A DNA stretch of 64,000 nt, from NCBI GenBank assembly GCA_947476285.1, contig CANJPU010000009.1:3630-67629 (forward strand), in the 5' to 3' direction. The position numbers and the translations under genes were made by a program. Every line of letters starts with the position of its first letter. Position 1 is the stretch's first letter. The notes under the pieces were generated by a model, which searched no databases, was not told where the DNA came from, and saw only the letters and a list, made by a program, of their open reading frames with translations. Source of the stretch: Comamonadaceae bacterium. Its GTDB lineage: Bacteria; Pseudomonadota; Gammaproteobacteria; Burkholderiales; Burkholderiaceae_C. This document shows positions 30,982 to 40,843 of this stretch, piece by piece.

Positions 30982-32384
30982 CGGTTCCAATCGCCTCCGA
31001 GGGCTTTCACCAGAAACACCGACACCACCATGCGCTGGCCCAGCAACTGCGCGGCCTGGCGCTGGCTGGTCAGCAGGGCCTGCTGCGCCGTGATGACCTC
31101 CAGGTAGGTGGTGACGCCGCCCTCGTAACGATCAGTGGCCAGCTTCAGCACCTTCTCGGCGCTGGCGCTGGCCTGCTGGGCGCGGGCCAAGGCGCGATCC
31201 AGAGCCTGGGTGCTGGTGATGCCATCTTCGACTTCCTGCATCGCAGTGAGGACCACGCGCCGGTAATTGGCGAGCGCCGCTTCGTAACCGGACCTGGCGA
31301 ACTGCACGTTCGCATCGATGCGCCCGCCATCGAAAATCGGCTGCGCCAGCGACACACCGAGCGACCACAACAGACTGGGTGCATTGAAGAGCGTGGAAAT
31401 CGCCCGGCTGTCATAGCCCACAGTGGGCGAAAGTGCGATGCTGGGGTAGTAGGCAGCGCGGGCCACACCAATCTGTGCGTTGGCCGCCGCCATGGCGCGC
31501 TCGGCCGAGGCCACGTCGGGCCGGCGCTCCAGCACGTCCGATGGCACGCCCAAGGGCAGGTCGGGTGCCACACGCAAGCTGGCCTCGGGGGCCAGTGAAA
31601 ACAGCGGTGCCGGCGTGCCCACCAGAGTGGCGATCGCATGCTCGAACTGGTCGCGTTGGCGCCGCAAGATCTCGACCTGGGTCAGTGTCGAGTCCAGCAA
31701 GGCCTGCTGCTGCGCAAGGTCAAGGCCCGAGGTCGCGCCCAGCTCATAGCGCGCCGCGGCCAGCTCCAGTGCCTTGCGCTGCAACTGGATGGATTTGGAC
31801 AGCACATCGAGCTCGATGTCCAACTCGCGCAGGTTGAAATAGTTGGCTGCGAGGTCGCTGGTCATGAGCAGGCGCAAGCTCTCCAGGTCAGCAGTCGATT
31901 GCTGCGCCGTTGCCTCGGCTGCATTAACGGTACCGCGTACGCGCCCCCACAAGTCGGCCTCATAGTTGACAGTGAAGGACAAGGCAAAGTCGCTCTGCAC
32001 TGTTGAAAAATTGTTTGAGTTGTAGTTGGTCAGAGGCCGATTCGCGGAAATGTCCAGCCGACTGACACGGGAGTTGAACGCCGCCTGCGGAAACAGGCCG
32101 GCCGAGGCAGCATCCACCGTGGCGCGTGCCTGAGCCAGCCTGGCACTGGCCAGCGACAGCGTGGGATTGGCAGCCAAAGCCCGCTCTTGCAACGCATCGA
32201 GCTGTGGATCCTTGAACTGGCGCCACCACGGCCCACGCACCTCGTCGTCCTTGGGTGCGCTCACACGCCATGGCGCCTCGACCTTCCATGCAGCAGGCAT
32301 GTCGAGGGCCGGGCGTTGATAGGCGGGCGAGCTGGCGCAACCGGCCAGGGCCAACAGCGCAAGCGCGGCGAGGCCTGATCTCAC
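30978..32384 (-). CDS. NodT/OprM-family outer membrane efflux lipoprotein
   Basis: LAGC lipobox, DLWG, RRPDV..AE, YLEVITAQ..ALGGDW. Confidence 0.93.
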   Translation of the reverse strand: MRSGLAALALLALAGCASSPAYQRPALDMPAAWKVEAPWRVSAPKDDEVRGPWWRQFKDPQLDALQERALAANPTLSLASARLAQARATVDAASAGLFPQAAFNSRVSRLDISANRPLTNYNSNNFSTVQSDFALSFTVNYEADLWGRVRGTVNAAEATAQQSTADLESLRLLMTSDLAANYFNLRELDIELDVLSKSIQLQRKALELAAARYELGATSGLDLAQQQALLDSTLTQVEILRRQRDQFEHAIATLVGTPAPLFSLAPEASLRVAPDLPLGVPSDVLERRPDVASAERAMAAANAQIGVARAAYYPSIALSPTVGYDSRAISTLFNAPSLLWSLGVSLAQPIFDGGRIDANVQFARSGYEAALANYRRVVLTAMQEVEDGITSTQALDRALARAQQASASAEKVLKLATDRYEGGVTTYLEVITAQQALLTSQRQAAQLLGQRMVVSVFLVKALGGDWNR

Positions 32385-33601
32385 GACGCTGCCTTCGCAG
32401 GCTTGCTCGGCGCATCGGGCGTGACTTGAACCTTGTCGCCTTCGGCCAGGGAGTCAGAAGGGTTGAGCACAAGCTGCTCATTGCCCTGCAAGCCATCGAG
32501 CACCTCGACCGACTCGCCCAGGTTGCGGCCCAGACGAACCTTTTGCAGGCGCACCGTGCCCTTGTCGTCGACCAAGGCCACGCGGGTGCCGTCCGCTCGG
32601 AACATGAGGGTATTGGATTTCACGCTCAGCATGCCGCTGGGCGCGAGCGAGAGCGCAACCTGCACGAACGCGCCGGGCAGCAAGATGCCCTCGCGGTTGG
32701 GCAGCGCCACCTCGACCTGCATGGTGCGGTTGCCGGCATCGATGGACGCCGCGGTGCGGGCCACCCGGCCTTCGAAGGTCTTGCCCCGCAATTCGGTTTG
32801 GGTCACCACCACCTTCTGGCCGGGCCGCACCAACTGTGCATAGGCCTGCGGCACGTTCACGTAAACACGCAAGGGATCGGTCTGCGCCAGCAAGAACAGC
32901 GGCTTGCCGGTGCCATCGATCAGATCGCCGATGTCGACATTGCGCTTGGTAATGACACCCGCGAACGGTGCCACCACGCGCTTGAACGATGACAGCTCGC
33001 GCAGGCGCTGCACATTGGCCTCGGCAGCCGCAAGGTTGGCACGCGCCTGTGCCAGGGCGCTGCGCCGCTCTTCCAGCTCTTGTTGCGAGACTGCGTCGCG
33101 CTGACGCAGTGCTTCCCATCGCTCGGCCGTCGTGCGGGCCAGGTCCATGCTGGCCACCGCCTGCTGCCGTACCGCCACGGCCTGCGAGAGTTGCTGGTCC
33201 AATTCAGGTGACTCAATCTCTGCCAGCAGTTCTCCTTTTTGCACCCGGCTGCCGATGTCTTTGCTCCACTTCTGCAGATAACCGCCCGCACGGGCCGCCA
33301 CCGGAGACTGAACAAAGCCTTGCAGCGTACCGGGCAGCATGAGCGTCTGGCCCGCACTGGCGCCGCTGACCTTCGTTGTTTTCACATAAAGGATCGAGCC
33401 CTGCACGACGCCGGCTGCGAGCACGTCGGCGTTTTGCATGCGACTGACCACGGTACGCGCGGCACCCAGCCCCAGAAGCAGCAACACCACCAGCGACACA
33501 ATGCGCATGCGCCGCGCCACCTGATGACGATGCAGCAGTTCCTGTGCATCCACCCCCTCGATCGGGTGAATGGCAAGTTGCGAATGAGTTTGTTGCGACA
33601 T
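32381..33601 (-). CDS. RND membrane fusion protein
   Basis: TM anchor, biotinyl-lipoyl-like halves, APFAGVI, LLPG, GRNLG. Confidence 0.93.
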   Translation of the reverse strand: MSQQTHSQLAIHPIEGVDAQELLHRHQVARRMRIVSLVVLLLLGLGAARTVVSRMQNADVLAAGVVQGSILYVKTTKVSGASAGQTLMLPGTLQGFVQSPVAARAGGYLQKWSKDIGSRVQKGELLAEIESPELDQQLSQAVAVRQQAVASMDLARTTAERWEALRQRDAVSQQELEERRSALAQARANLAAAEANVQRLRELSSFKRVVAPFAGVITKRNVDIGDLIDGTGKPLFLLAQTDPLRVYVNVPQAYAQLVRPGQKVVVTQTELRGKTFEGRVARTAASIDAGNRTMQVEVALPNREGILLPGAFVQVALSLAPSGMLSVKSNTLMFRADGTRVALVDDKGTVRLQKVRLGRNLGESVEVLDGLQGNEQLVLNPSDSLAEGDKVQVTPDAPSKPAKAAS

Positions 33602-33606
33602 GAATT

Positions 33607-36600
33607 TCAACTCTTTTGGGGCAAGGCGTCTGTGTGCGGGACCTGTGCGTGAGCGGTGCCCGAATGGCGGGCCAACCACTGGTGTACACCTGCATAGACA
33701 ACCGGGACAAACAACAATGTGGAAACCGTGGCGAAGAGCAGGCCGCCGATGACGGCACGGCCCAGCGGCGCGTTCTGCTCGCCGCCTTCACCCAGGCCCA
33801 GCGCCATGGGAATCATGCCAATGATCATGGCCAAGGCCGTCATCAGAACTGGGCGCACACGGGTCGCGCCAGCCTCCAGGGCTGCCGCCAAGGGAGACGC
33901 GCCAGCCTCGCGCTGCTGCTTGGCAAATGAGACAACCAAAATGCTGTTGGCAGTGGCCACGCCCATGGTCATGATGGCGCCAGTCAGTGCGGGCACGCTG
34001 AGCGTGGTGCCGGTCAGAAACAAGATCCAGGCAATGCCAGTCAGAGCCGCCGGCAAAGCCGCGATGATGATGGCTGCATCGATCCACGACTGGAAATTGA
34101 CCACGATCAAAAGGTACACCAGCACGATGGCCATGGCCAGACCGACACCCAGACCGATGAAGGATGACTGCATGGTCTCCACCTGCCCGCGTACGGTGAT
34201 CTGGTTGCCCGGCTTCAACTTGGAACGCGTCTGATCCACCAGTGCCTGCACGCGGGAAGCCACATTGGCCAGGTCGGTGCCCTGAACGCTGACGTAGATG
34301 TCGATGGCCGGGGCGATGTTGTAGCGCGAGACCACCGGCAATTGCCGAGCCGCTCGCGCCTCCACCACATTGCCCAGCAGTTGGGTGGGCGTGCCGGCTA
34401 TCGCAGGGTTGCCCACCGGTATGCTCAGCAGGGAATCGAGCGAGTCGATCTGGTATTGCGGGCTTTGTATCACCACGTTGTACACCACGCCGTTTTGCGG
34501 ATTCAGCCAGAAGGCAGGCGCCGTCTGCGAACTGCCAGACAGCGCGATCAACACGTTCTGCCCGACGTTGGTGGCGCTCAGGCCCATTTGCTGCAGTCGG
34601 GTGCGGTCCATCTGCAAGGCCAGACTTGGCCCGTCCAACCGCTGGTGCACGTGGGCGTCCACCGCGCCGGGGATCTGTCGGATGGCCTTGGTCAGCTCTG
34701 CGGCCAGCTCGGCGTTGCCGGCCAGATTGGCGCCGGTGAACTGCACGTCAATCGCTGCGGGCAAACCGAAGTTGAGAATCTGCGTGACGATGTCGGCCGG
34801 CTGGAAGAAGAACTCCACGCCAGGAAAGCGCTTGGGCAATTCAGCGCGCAACAGCGACACCAGGTCGGCTGTGGGCCTGTGGCCTTTGCGCAGCGAAAGC
34901 AGCAACTCGCCATCAAGCGTGCCGATGGTGCCCGAATTGCTGTAGGAGAGGTTGATGCCGCTATTGGGCACACCCAGGTTGTCCAGAATGGTTTCCAGCT
35001 CGCTCGCGGGAATCAGCTCGCGAATGGCGACTTCCACCGCATCGGCGATGCGCGCGGTCTCCTCGATGCGCGTGCCGGTGGCTGCCCGCATATGCAGCTT
35101 GATCTGGCCCGCGTCGACCGAGGGGAAGAAATCACGCCCCAACACCGGATAAAGCAGGCAGGACAACAGGCAAAAAACCGTGAACATGGTGGCAAAACGC
35201 GCACGGTGAACCAAGACCGAAGACAAGGCCAGCGCATAGGTGCGCCGCAGGCGTTCGAACCAGCGATCGAATGCGAGGTAGAGCCTGCGCAACATGCTGG
35301 CCCGAGCACCGGCAGCGGTGGCTACGCCATGGCTTTTTCCCATCATCAGCATCACCAGCGTGGGCACCAAACTGCGCGAGAGGAAGTAAGAGGCCAGCAT
35401 CGCGAACACCACGGCTTCGGCCATTGGCACGAACAGGAAGCGCGCCACGCCCGACAGAAAGAACATCGGCACGAACACGATGCAGATGCACAAGGTGGAC
35501 ACAAAGGCTGGCACACCGATCTCGCCAGCGCCCACCTCAATGGCTTCGAGCAGCGGTTTGCCAAGCTGCAAATGCCGCTCGATGTTCTCAATGGTGACAA
35601 TGGCCTGGTCCACCAGAATGCCCACCGACAAGGCCATGCCACCCAGTGTCATCAGGTTAAGGGTTTCCCCCAGGGCGTACAGCGCCAGGATGGACGCAAG
35701 GATCGACAAGGGGATGGTCAAGGCGATGATCAGCGTGCTGCGCCAGTTGCCCAGGAACAGCAGCACCATCGCGGCAGTCAGCACGGCGGCGATGATCGCT
35801 TCGACCACCACACCCTTGATAGCAGCGGACACGAACAGTGACTGGTCGAACAAGGGCGTGATCTTGATGTCAGCCGGCAGCGCCTGGGCAGCGCGTGGCA
35901 GCATCGCCTTGAGGTTGGCCACGATGTCCAGCGTGGACGCGCCGCCATTTTTCAGCACCGACAGCAGCACCCCGCGGGCTCCGTCCTGTCGCACCACATT
36001 GGTCTGGGGCTGGAAGCCATCGCGCACATTGGCCACGTCGCGCAGATAGGTCGTGGTGCCGGCAGCCGTGCGAACCGGCAGATCGTTGAGTCCGGTCAGC
36101 ACATCGGGCGAGCCGTTCATGCGCACCACGTATTCGGTTTCTCCAAGCTTGACGGTGCCCGAGGGCAGAATCAGGTTCTGCGTATTCACCGCATTCACCA
36201 CGTCGGAGGGCGAGAGTCCACGCGCCTGCAGTGCCTGGGTGTCCAGATCAACCGAGATGACCTTGACTTTGCCACCGTAGGGGAAAGGAATGGCCACGCC
36301 AGGAATCGTCACAAGCTGTGGCCGCAACTGATTCACGGTTGCATCGAACACCGCCTGCTCGGGCAGGGTGTTGCTCGACAGAGCAAGCTGTATCACCGGA
36401 ATGCTGGAGGCGGAATACTTGATGATCAAAGGCGGCGTGATACCCGGCGGCAGTTGTCGCACCTGTGTCTGCATGGCCGCCACCAACTGGGCCAGGGCGG
36501 TCTGGATGTTGGCAGTAGGTTGGAAGAAGACCTTGATGACAGTGACACCATGCAATGAGGTGGACTCGATGTGCTCGATGTCGCTGACCGTGGTGGTCAT

Positions 36601-36810
36601 TCCCCGTTCGCTGCCAGCGGCAATGCGCTGCCCCATTTCCTGGGCCGGCAGGCCGTTGTAAACCCAGATGACGCTGATAACCGGGATGTTGATCTCGGGG
36701 AAGATGTCAGTGGCCATGTTGCGCAGCACAAATGGCGTTGCCAACACGATCAGCATCGCCATCACGATGAACGTGTAAGGGCGCCGTAGCGCCAACTGAA
36801 CCATGGACAT
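33607..36810 (-). CDS. RND efflux transporter permease
   Basis: DIFPEINIPV, two large periplasmic loops, RVRPVLMT, APLGRAVIGGL. Confidence 0.95.
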   Translation of the reverse strand: MSMVQLALRRPYTFIVMAMLIVLATPFVLRNMATDIFPEINIPVISVIWVYNGLPAQEMGQRIAAGSERGMTTTVSDIEHIESTSLHGVTVIKVFFQPTANIQTALAQLVAAMQTQVRQLPPGITPPLIIKYSASSIPVIQLALSSNTLPEQAVFDATVNQLRPQLVTIPGVAIPFPYGGKVKVISVDLDTQALQARGLSPSDVVNAVNTQNLILPSGTVKLGETEYVVRMNGSPDVLTGLNDLPVRTAAGTTTYLRDVANVRDGFQPQTNVVRQDGARGVLLSVLKNGGASTLDIVANLKAMLPRAAQALPADIKITPLFDQSLFVSAAIKGVVVEAIIAAVLTAAMVLLFLGNWRSTLIIALTIPLSILASILALYALGETLNLMTLGGMALSVGILVDQAIVTIENIERHLQLGKPLLEAIEVGAGEIGVPAFVSTLCICIVFVPMFFLSGVARFLFVPMAEAVVFAMLASYFLSRSLVPTLVMLMMGKSHGVATAAGARASMLRRLYLAFDRWFERLRRTYALALSSVLVHRARFATMFTVFCLLSCLLYPVLGRDFFPSVDAGQIKLHMRAATGTRIEETARIADAVEVAIRELIPASELETILDNLGVPNSGINLSYSNSGTIGTLDGELLLSLRKGHRPTADLVSLLRAELPKRFPGVEFFFQPADIVTQILNFGLPAAIDVQFTGANLAGNAELAAELTKAIRQIPGAVDAHVHQRLDGPSLALQMDRTRLQQMGLSATNVGQNVLIALSGSSQTAPAFWLNPQNGVVYNVVIQSPQYQIDSLDSLLSIPVGNPAIAGTPTQLLGNVVEARAARQLPVVSRYNIAPAIDIYVSVQGTDLANVASRVQALVDQTRSKLKPGNQITVRGQVETMQSSFIGLGVGLAMAIVLVYLLIVVNFQSWIDAAIIIAALPAALTGIAWILFLTGTTLSVPALTGAIMTMGVATANSILVVSFAKQQREAGASPLAAALEAGATRVRPVLMTALAMIIGMIPMALGLGEGGEQNAPLGRAVIGGLLFATVSTLLFVPVVYAGVHQWLARHSGTAHAQVPHTDALPQKS

Positions 36811-36915
36811 CGGGGGGGTTTAGGTAGCCTGGAAAGCCACATGTTACATGAGCGAATGTTTCTGGCAGGTAAACCTGGCCTTAAGCCCTTCGCTGCAGTC
36901 GGGAGTGTGAACGCT

Positions 36916-39210
36916 TCACCGCCGCACGGCCAAGAGCACAGTCTCGGCCGTAGCCGGCGCATCCAAGCGCACAGGCCCGCCACCGCGCGCGGTAGCCACC
37001 GCCTCGCGCAAGGCCTCCCACACGCTGATCGCCAACATGAAAGGCGGCTCGCCCACAGCCTTGCTTGCGCCAACGTTGTCTTCACGATTGGGTTCGGGCC
37101 ACAGGGCGACCTTGAAGTGCTCGGGAATGTCGCCTGTGGCCGGGATCTTGTAGGTGCTGGGCGCGTGGGTGCTCAGATAGCCTTTGTCATTCCAGACCAG
37201 TTGCTCGGTGGTGAGCCAGCCCATGCCCTGCACGAAGCCGCCTTCGATCTGCCCGATGTCAATGGCCGGATTGAGCGACGTGCCCACATCGTGCAAGATG
37301 TCCACCTCCAGCACGCGGCTCTCGCCGGTGAGGGTGTCGATGGCCACCTCGCTGCAGGCGGCGCCATAGCTAAAGTAATAGAAGGGCCGGCCAGTGAGCG
37401 TGGTCTTGTCGTAGTGGATCTTGGGCGTGCGGTAAAAACCATCGCTCCAGAGTTGTATGCGGTTGGCATACGCGGCCTTGACCACCTCGTCAAAGCTGCG
37501 TGTGGCGGCGGGCGAGATGACCCGCCCACCCTGGAAGCTCACCGCCCCGGCGCCGCAATTGTCCATGCCGCCCACGAACGCCGCGAGGTTCTCGCGCACA
37601 TGGCGCGCTGCAAACTGCGCGGCGCGGCCATTGAGGTCAGTGCCGCTGGACGCTGCGGTGGCCGACGCGTTGGGCACTTTGCTGGTATCGGCTGCGGTGC
37701 TGCACACCCGTGCAAAGGGCACGCCCAGTTCGTCGGCCACAACCTGGGCCACCTTGGTGTTCAAGCCCTGGCCCATCTCGGTGCCGCCGTGGTTCACCTG
37801 CACACTGCCGTCGGTGTACACATGCACCAATGCACCAGCCTGATTGAACAAGGTGGCCGTGAAGCTGATGCCAAACTTCACCGGCGTGATCGCGATGCCG
37901 CGCTTGATTACCGGGCTTTGCGCGTTCCAGGCTGCGATGCCCTGGCGCCGCTCGCGGTAGCCGCAATCCTTCGCCAGCCGAGTCAGAAGCGGATGCAAGA
38001 TGTTGTCTTCTACCTTCATCTGGTAGTGAGTCACGTTGCGCTCCTCGATGCCATAGAGGTTGCGCATGCGCACATCGAAGGGGTCCAGCCCGAGCCGGCG
38101 CGCGATGTCGCCCATGATGGCCTCGATCACGATCACGCCCTGGGGGCCGCCAAATCCGCGAAACGCAGTGTGACTCTGGGTGTTGGTCTTGCAGCGGTGC
38201 GAGATGATTTCTACGTCACTGAGGAAGTACGCGTTGTCGGTGTGGAAGATGGCCCGGTCGGCCACTGGGCCCGACAGATCGGCACTGAATCCGCAGTTGG
38301 CCAGCATGGTCAGCTTCAATGCGGCGATGAGGCCGTGGTCGTCGAAACCCACGGTGTAGTCATACGCAAAAGGGTGGCGCTTGCCGGTGACCATGAAGTC
38401 ATCGTCGCGGTCCAGCCGCAGCTTGACCGGGCAGCCGAACTTGCGCGCCGCCAGCGCGGCCCACACGGCCAGATGGCCCGCCTGGGTTTCTTTGCCGCCA
38501 AAGCCGCCGCCCATGCGCCGGCACTGCACCGTCACCGCGCTGTTGGACAAGCCCAGGGCGTGCGCCACCCAGTGCTGGACCTCGCCCGGGTGCTGGGTGC
38601 TCGAATGAATCTGCCATTGGCCTTGTTCCATGGGCAGGGCGTAGGCGATCTGGCCCTCCAGGTAGAAGTGTTCCTGCCCGCCCACTTCGAGTTGCCCAGT
38701 GAGCGTGTGTTTCGACCGGTCCATGGCCGCATCGGGCTCACCTCGGCGCACCGTGACCGGCGGCAGCACATAGCTTTTCGCCGCATGCGCATCGCGCGGG
38801 GTCAGCAGGGGCGGCAAGGGTTCGATCTTCAACTGCACTTTGCGCGCCGCGCGCCTGGCCTGCATGACAGTGTTGGCCAGCACCAGGCCCACGACCTGGC
38901 CAATGTGTTCGACCTTGTCGCGGGCGAAGATGGGTTCGTCATGCACAAATGTGGCCAGCAAGGGGTCGCCGGGGATGTCGCCCGCCAGCACCACACCGCG
39001 CACACCAGGCATGGCCAGTGCGGCCTGCGCGTTCACGCCGAGCAGACGGCCGTGTGCCTGGGTCGAGAGAATCGGCGCGGCGTGCAAGGTGCCCTTGACT
39101 TCGGGGATGTCGTCCACATAAGTGGCGCTTCCGGCGACCTGGGCACGGGCGCTTTCATGGGGGTGGGAGGCGCCGCTGGCTGGGTTGGAATCGGTGTCGA
39201 TCACCGTCAT
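36916..39210 (-). CDS. xdhB: Xanthine dehydrogenase molybdopterin subunit
   Basis: QEHFYLE, GGGFGGKE, AFRGFGGPQG, GTEMGQG, ASSG, SKAVGEPP. Confidence 0.97.
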   Translation of the reverse strand: MTVIDTDSNPASGASHPHESARAQVAGSATYVDDIPEVKGTLHAAPILSTQAHGRLLGVNAQAALAMPGVRGVVLAGDIPGDPLLATFVHDEPIFARDKVEHIGQVVGLVLANTVMQARRAARKVQLKIEPLPPLLTPRDAHAAKSYVLPPVTVRRGEPDAAMDRSKHTLTGQLEVGGQEHFYLEGQIAYALPMEQGQWQIHSSTQHPGEVQHWVAHALGLSNSAVTVQCRRMGGGFGGKETQAGHLAVWAALAARKFGCPVKLRLDRDDDFMVTGKRHPFAYDYTVGFDDHGLIAALKLTMLANCGFSADLSGPVADRAIFHTDNAYFLSDVEIISHRCKTNTQSHTAFRGFGGPQGVIVIEAIMGDIARRLGLDPFDVRMRNLYGIEERNVTHYQMKVEDNILHPLLTRLAKDCGYRERRQGIAAWNAQSPVIKRGIAITPVKFGISFTATLFNQAGALVHVYTDGSVQVNHGGTEMGQGLNTKVAQVVADELGVPFARVCSTAADTSKVPNASATAASSGTDLNGRAAQFAARHVRENLAAFVGGMDNCGAGAVSFQGGRVISPAATRSFDEVVKAAYANRIQLWSDGFYRTPKIHYDKTTLTGRPFYYFSYGAACSEVAIDTLTGESRVLEVDILHDVGTSLNPAIDIGQIEGGFVQGMGWLTTEQLVWNDKGYLSTHAPSTYKIPATGDIPEHFKVALWPEPNREDNVGASKAVGEPPFMLAISVWEALREAVATARGGGPVRLDAPATAETVLLAVRR

Positions 39211-40706
39211 GATGCATTCCCGCCTTTGTCACTGCGGACTTGATCCGCACGCCATTGGGCAGATTCCAGGTTGATGTTGTGCACGCCCTGGCTTTCCAGC
39301 CAGAAGCGCTGCATCAAATTGCCAAGCACCTGGCTGCGATAGGCGGCGCTGGCGCGCATGTCCGAGATGGGCTGGAACTCATCACGCAACTGCGCACTGG
39401 CCTCTTGCACCAGGGCTTGCGTCCACGGCTTACCCCCCAACACCTCCTCGGTGCGAAGGGCGCGCACCGGCGTGGCGGCCACACCGCCGACGCCGATGCG
39501 GGCCTGCGCCACCCTGCCCTCGGCAAGGCGCAGACGAACGACCAGGCAAACCGCGGAGATGTCATCGTCGTAGCGTTTGCTGATCTTGTAGGCGCGCAGC
39601 AACTCACCCGGCCCTGCAGGCCGCGGCACCTTGATCCAGGCCAGCACTTCATCGGGCGCCATCACGTTCTTGCGATAGCCGGTATAGAAATCTTCCAGCG
39701 GCATTTCGCGGTGACCGCGCACACTCATCACGACCACATGGGAACCCAAGGCGATCAAGAGGGGCATGGCGTCGCCAATGGGCGAGCCATTGGCGATGTT
39801 GCCGCCCAGCGTGCCCGAGTTGCGCACCGGCAGTCCGGCAAAACGCATGGCGAAGTGTTTCAACTGCGGGCGCTGCGCCACCAGCGCCTCGAAGGCATCG
39901 GTGAGGCTCACTGCCGCGCCGATGGCGATGTGGTGTTTGTAGTTTTCGATACGCCGCAGTTCCTCCACGCGGGTGACATCGAGCACCTTGGCAAACTGAA
40001 GGTGCATCTTGGTGACCCACAAGCCGACATCGGTGCAGCCAGCAACGAGTTGCGCGTCGAGGTGGGCGGCGCGATCTGAAAGCAGCGCGGCGAGCGTGCG
40101 TGGACTGAGGTAGGTGGCCCCGTCACTCGGTGCATTCAACTTCCGAAGCTGGCCGAGCAACTTCGCCCTGTCCACCCTGACCGGCGGCAGGCGCGCCATC
40201 GCCTGCGCCGCATCCAGTATGGGCCGGTAGCCGGTGCAGCGGCACAAATTACCCGACAAGGCTTCTTGAGCCAGCTCGCGGGTGATGGGCTCGCCACGGC
40301 AAACATGGTTCTCGTACATGCCGAACAGGCTCATCACGAAGCCCGGCGTGCAAAAACCGCACTGCGAGCCGTGGCAACGCACCATGGCCTCCTGGGCCGG
40401 GTGCAAGCCGGCGCCCTGAGCGGCGAGATCCTCCACCGTCCACAAGGCCATGCCGTCGATCGAGTGGGCCAAACGGATGCAACTGTTGATGGCACGAAAC
40501 TGAAGCTGCCCGCCATCGGCTGCGGCCGGACCGATATCGGCCAGGACCACGGTGCAAGCGCCACAGTCGCCCTCCCCGCAGCCCTCCTTGGTGCCGGTGC
40601 ACGACATATCCTCGCGCAGCACTTCCAACAGTGTGCGTTCGGGTGGTACATTGCCGATGGACACAAGTTCGCCCCGGCGGATAAATCTGATCGTTTTCGA
40701 TTCCAT
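39207..40706 (-). CDS. xdhA: Xanthine dehydrogenase Fe-S/FAD subunit
   Basis: GTKEGCGEGDCGAC, QCGFCTPG, GNLCRCTGY, DMRASAAYR. Confidence 0.97.
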   Translation of the reverse strand: MESKTIRFIRRGELVSIGNVPPERTLLEVLREDMSCTGTKEGCGEGDCGACTVVLADIGPAAADGGQLQFRAINSCIRLAHSIDGMALWTVEDLAAQGAGLHPAQEAMVRCHGSQCGFCTPGFVMSLFGMYENHVCRGEPITRELAQEALSGNLCRCTGYRPILDAAQAMARLPPVRVDRAKLLGQLRKLNAPSDGATYLSPRTLAALLSDRAAHLDAQLVAGCTDVGLWVTKMHLQFAKVLDVTRVEELRRIENYKHHIAIGAAVSLTDAFEALVAQRPQLKHFAMRFAGLPVRNSGTLGGNIANGSPIGDAMPLLIALGSHVVVMSVRGHREMPLEDFYTGYRKNVMAPDEVLAWIKVPRPAGPGELLRAYKISKRYDDDISAVCLVVRLRLAEGRVAQARIGVGGVAATPVRALRTEEVLGGKPWTQALVQEASAQLRDEFQPISDMRASAAYRSQVLGNLMQRFWLESQGVHNINLESAQWRADQVRSDKGGNAS

Positions 40707-40843
40707 GAATTCCAGTATGTTCGATTTTCTCGCGGTTGGCGCAAGACCTGACAAACGATTGTCGGGTGACCCGAGTTTGGTGCAAACAGGCTCCATCATG
40801 GTGCTCTCAGCACAAATGAACAAAGACTGAGAAGATACGAGCC

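Noticed and set aside
36841-39243. Long antisense ORFs (this one, 5095-7125, 10685-12133, 60408-62438, 504-1397 and others)
   Set aside because: Shadow frames of real high-GC genes with no recognisable motifs
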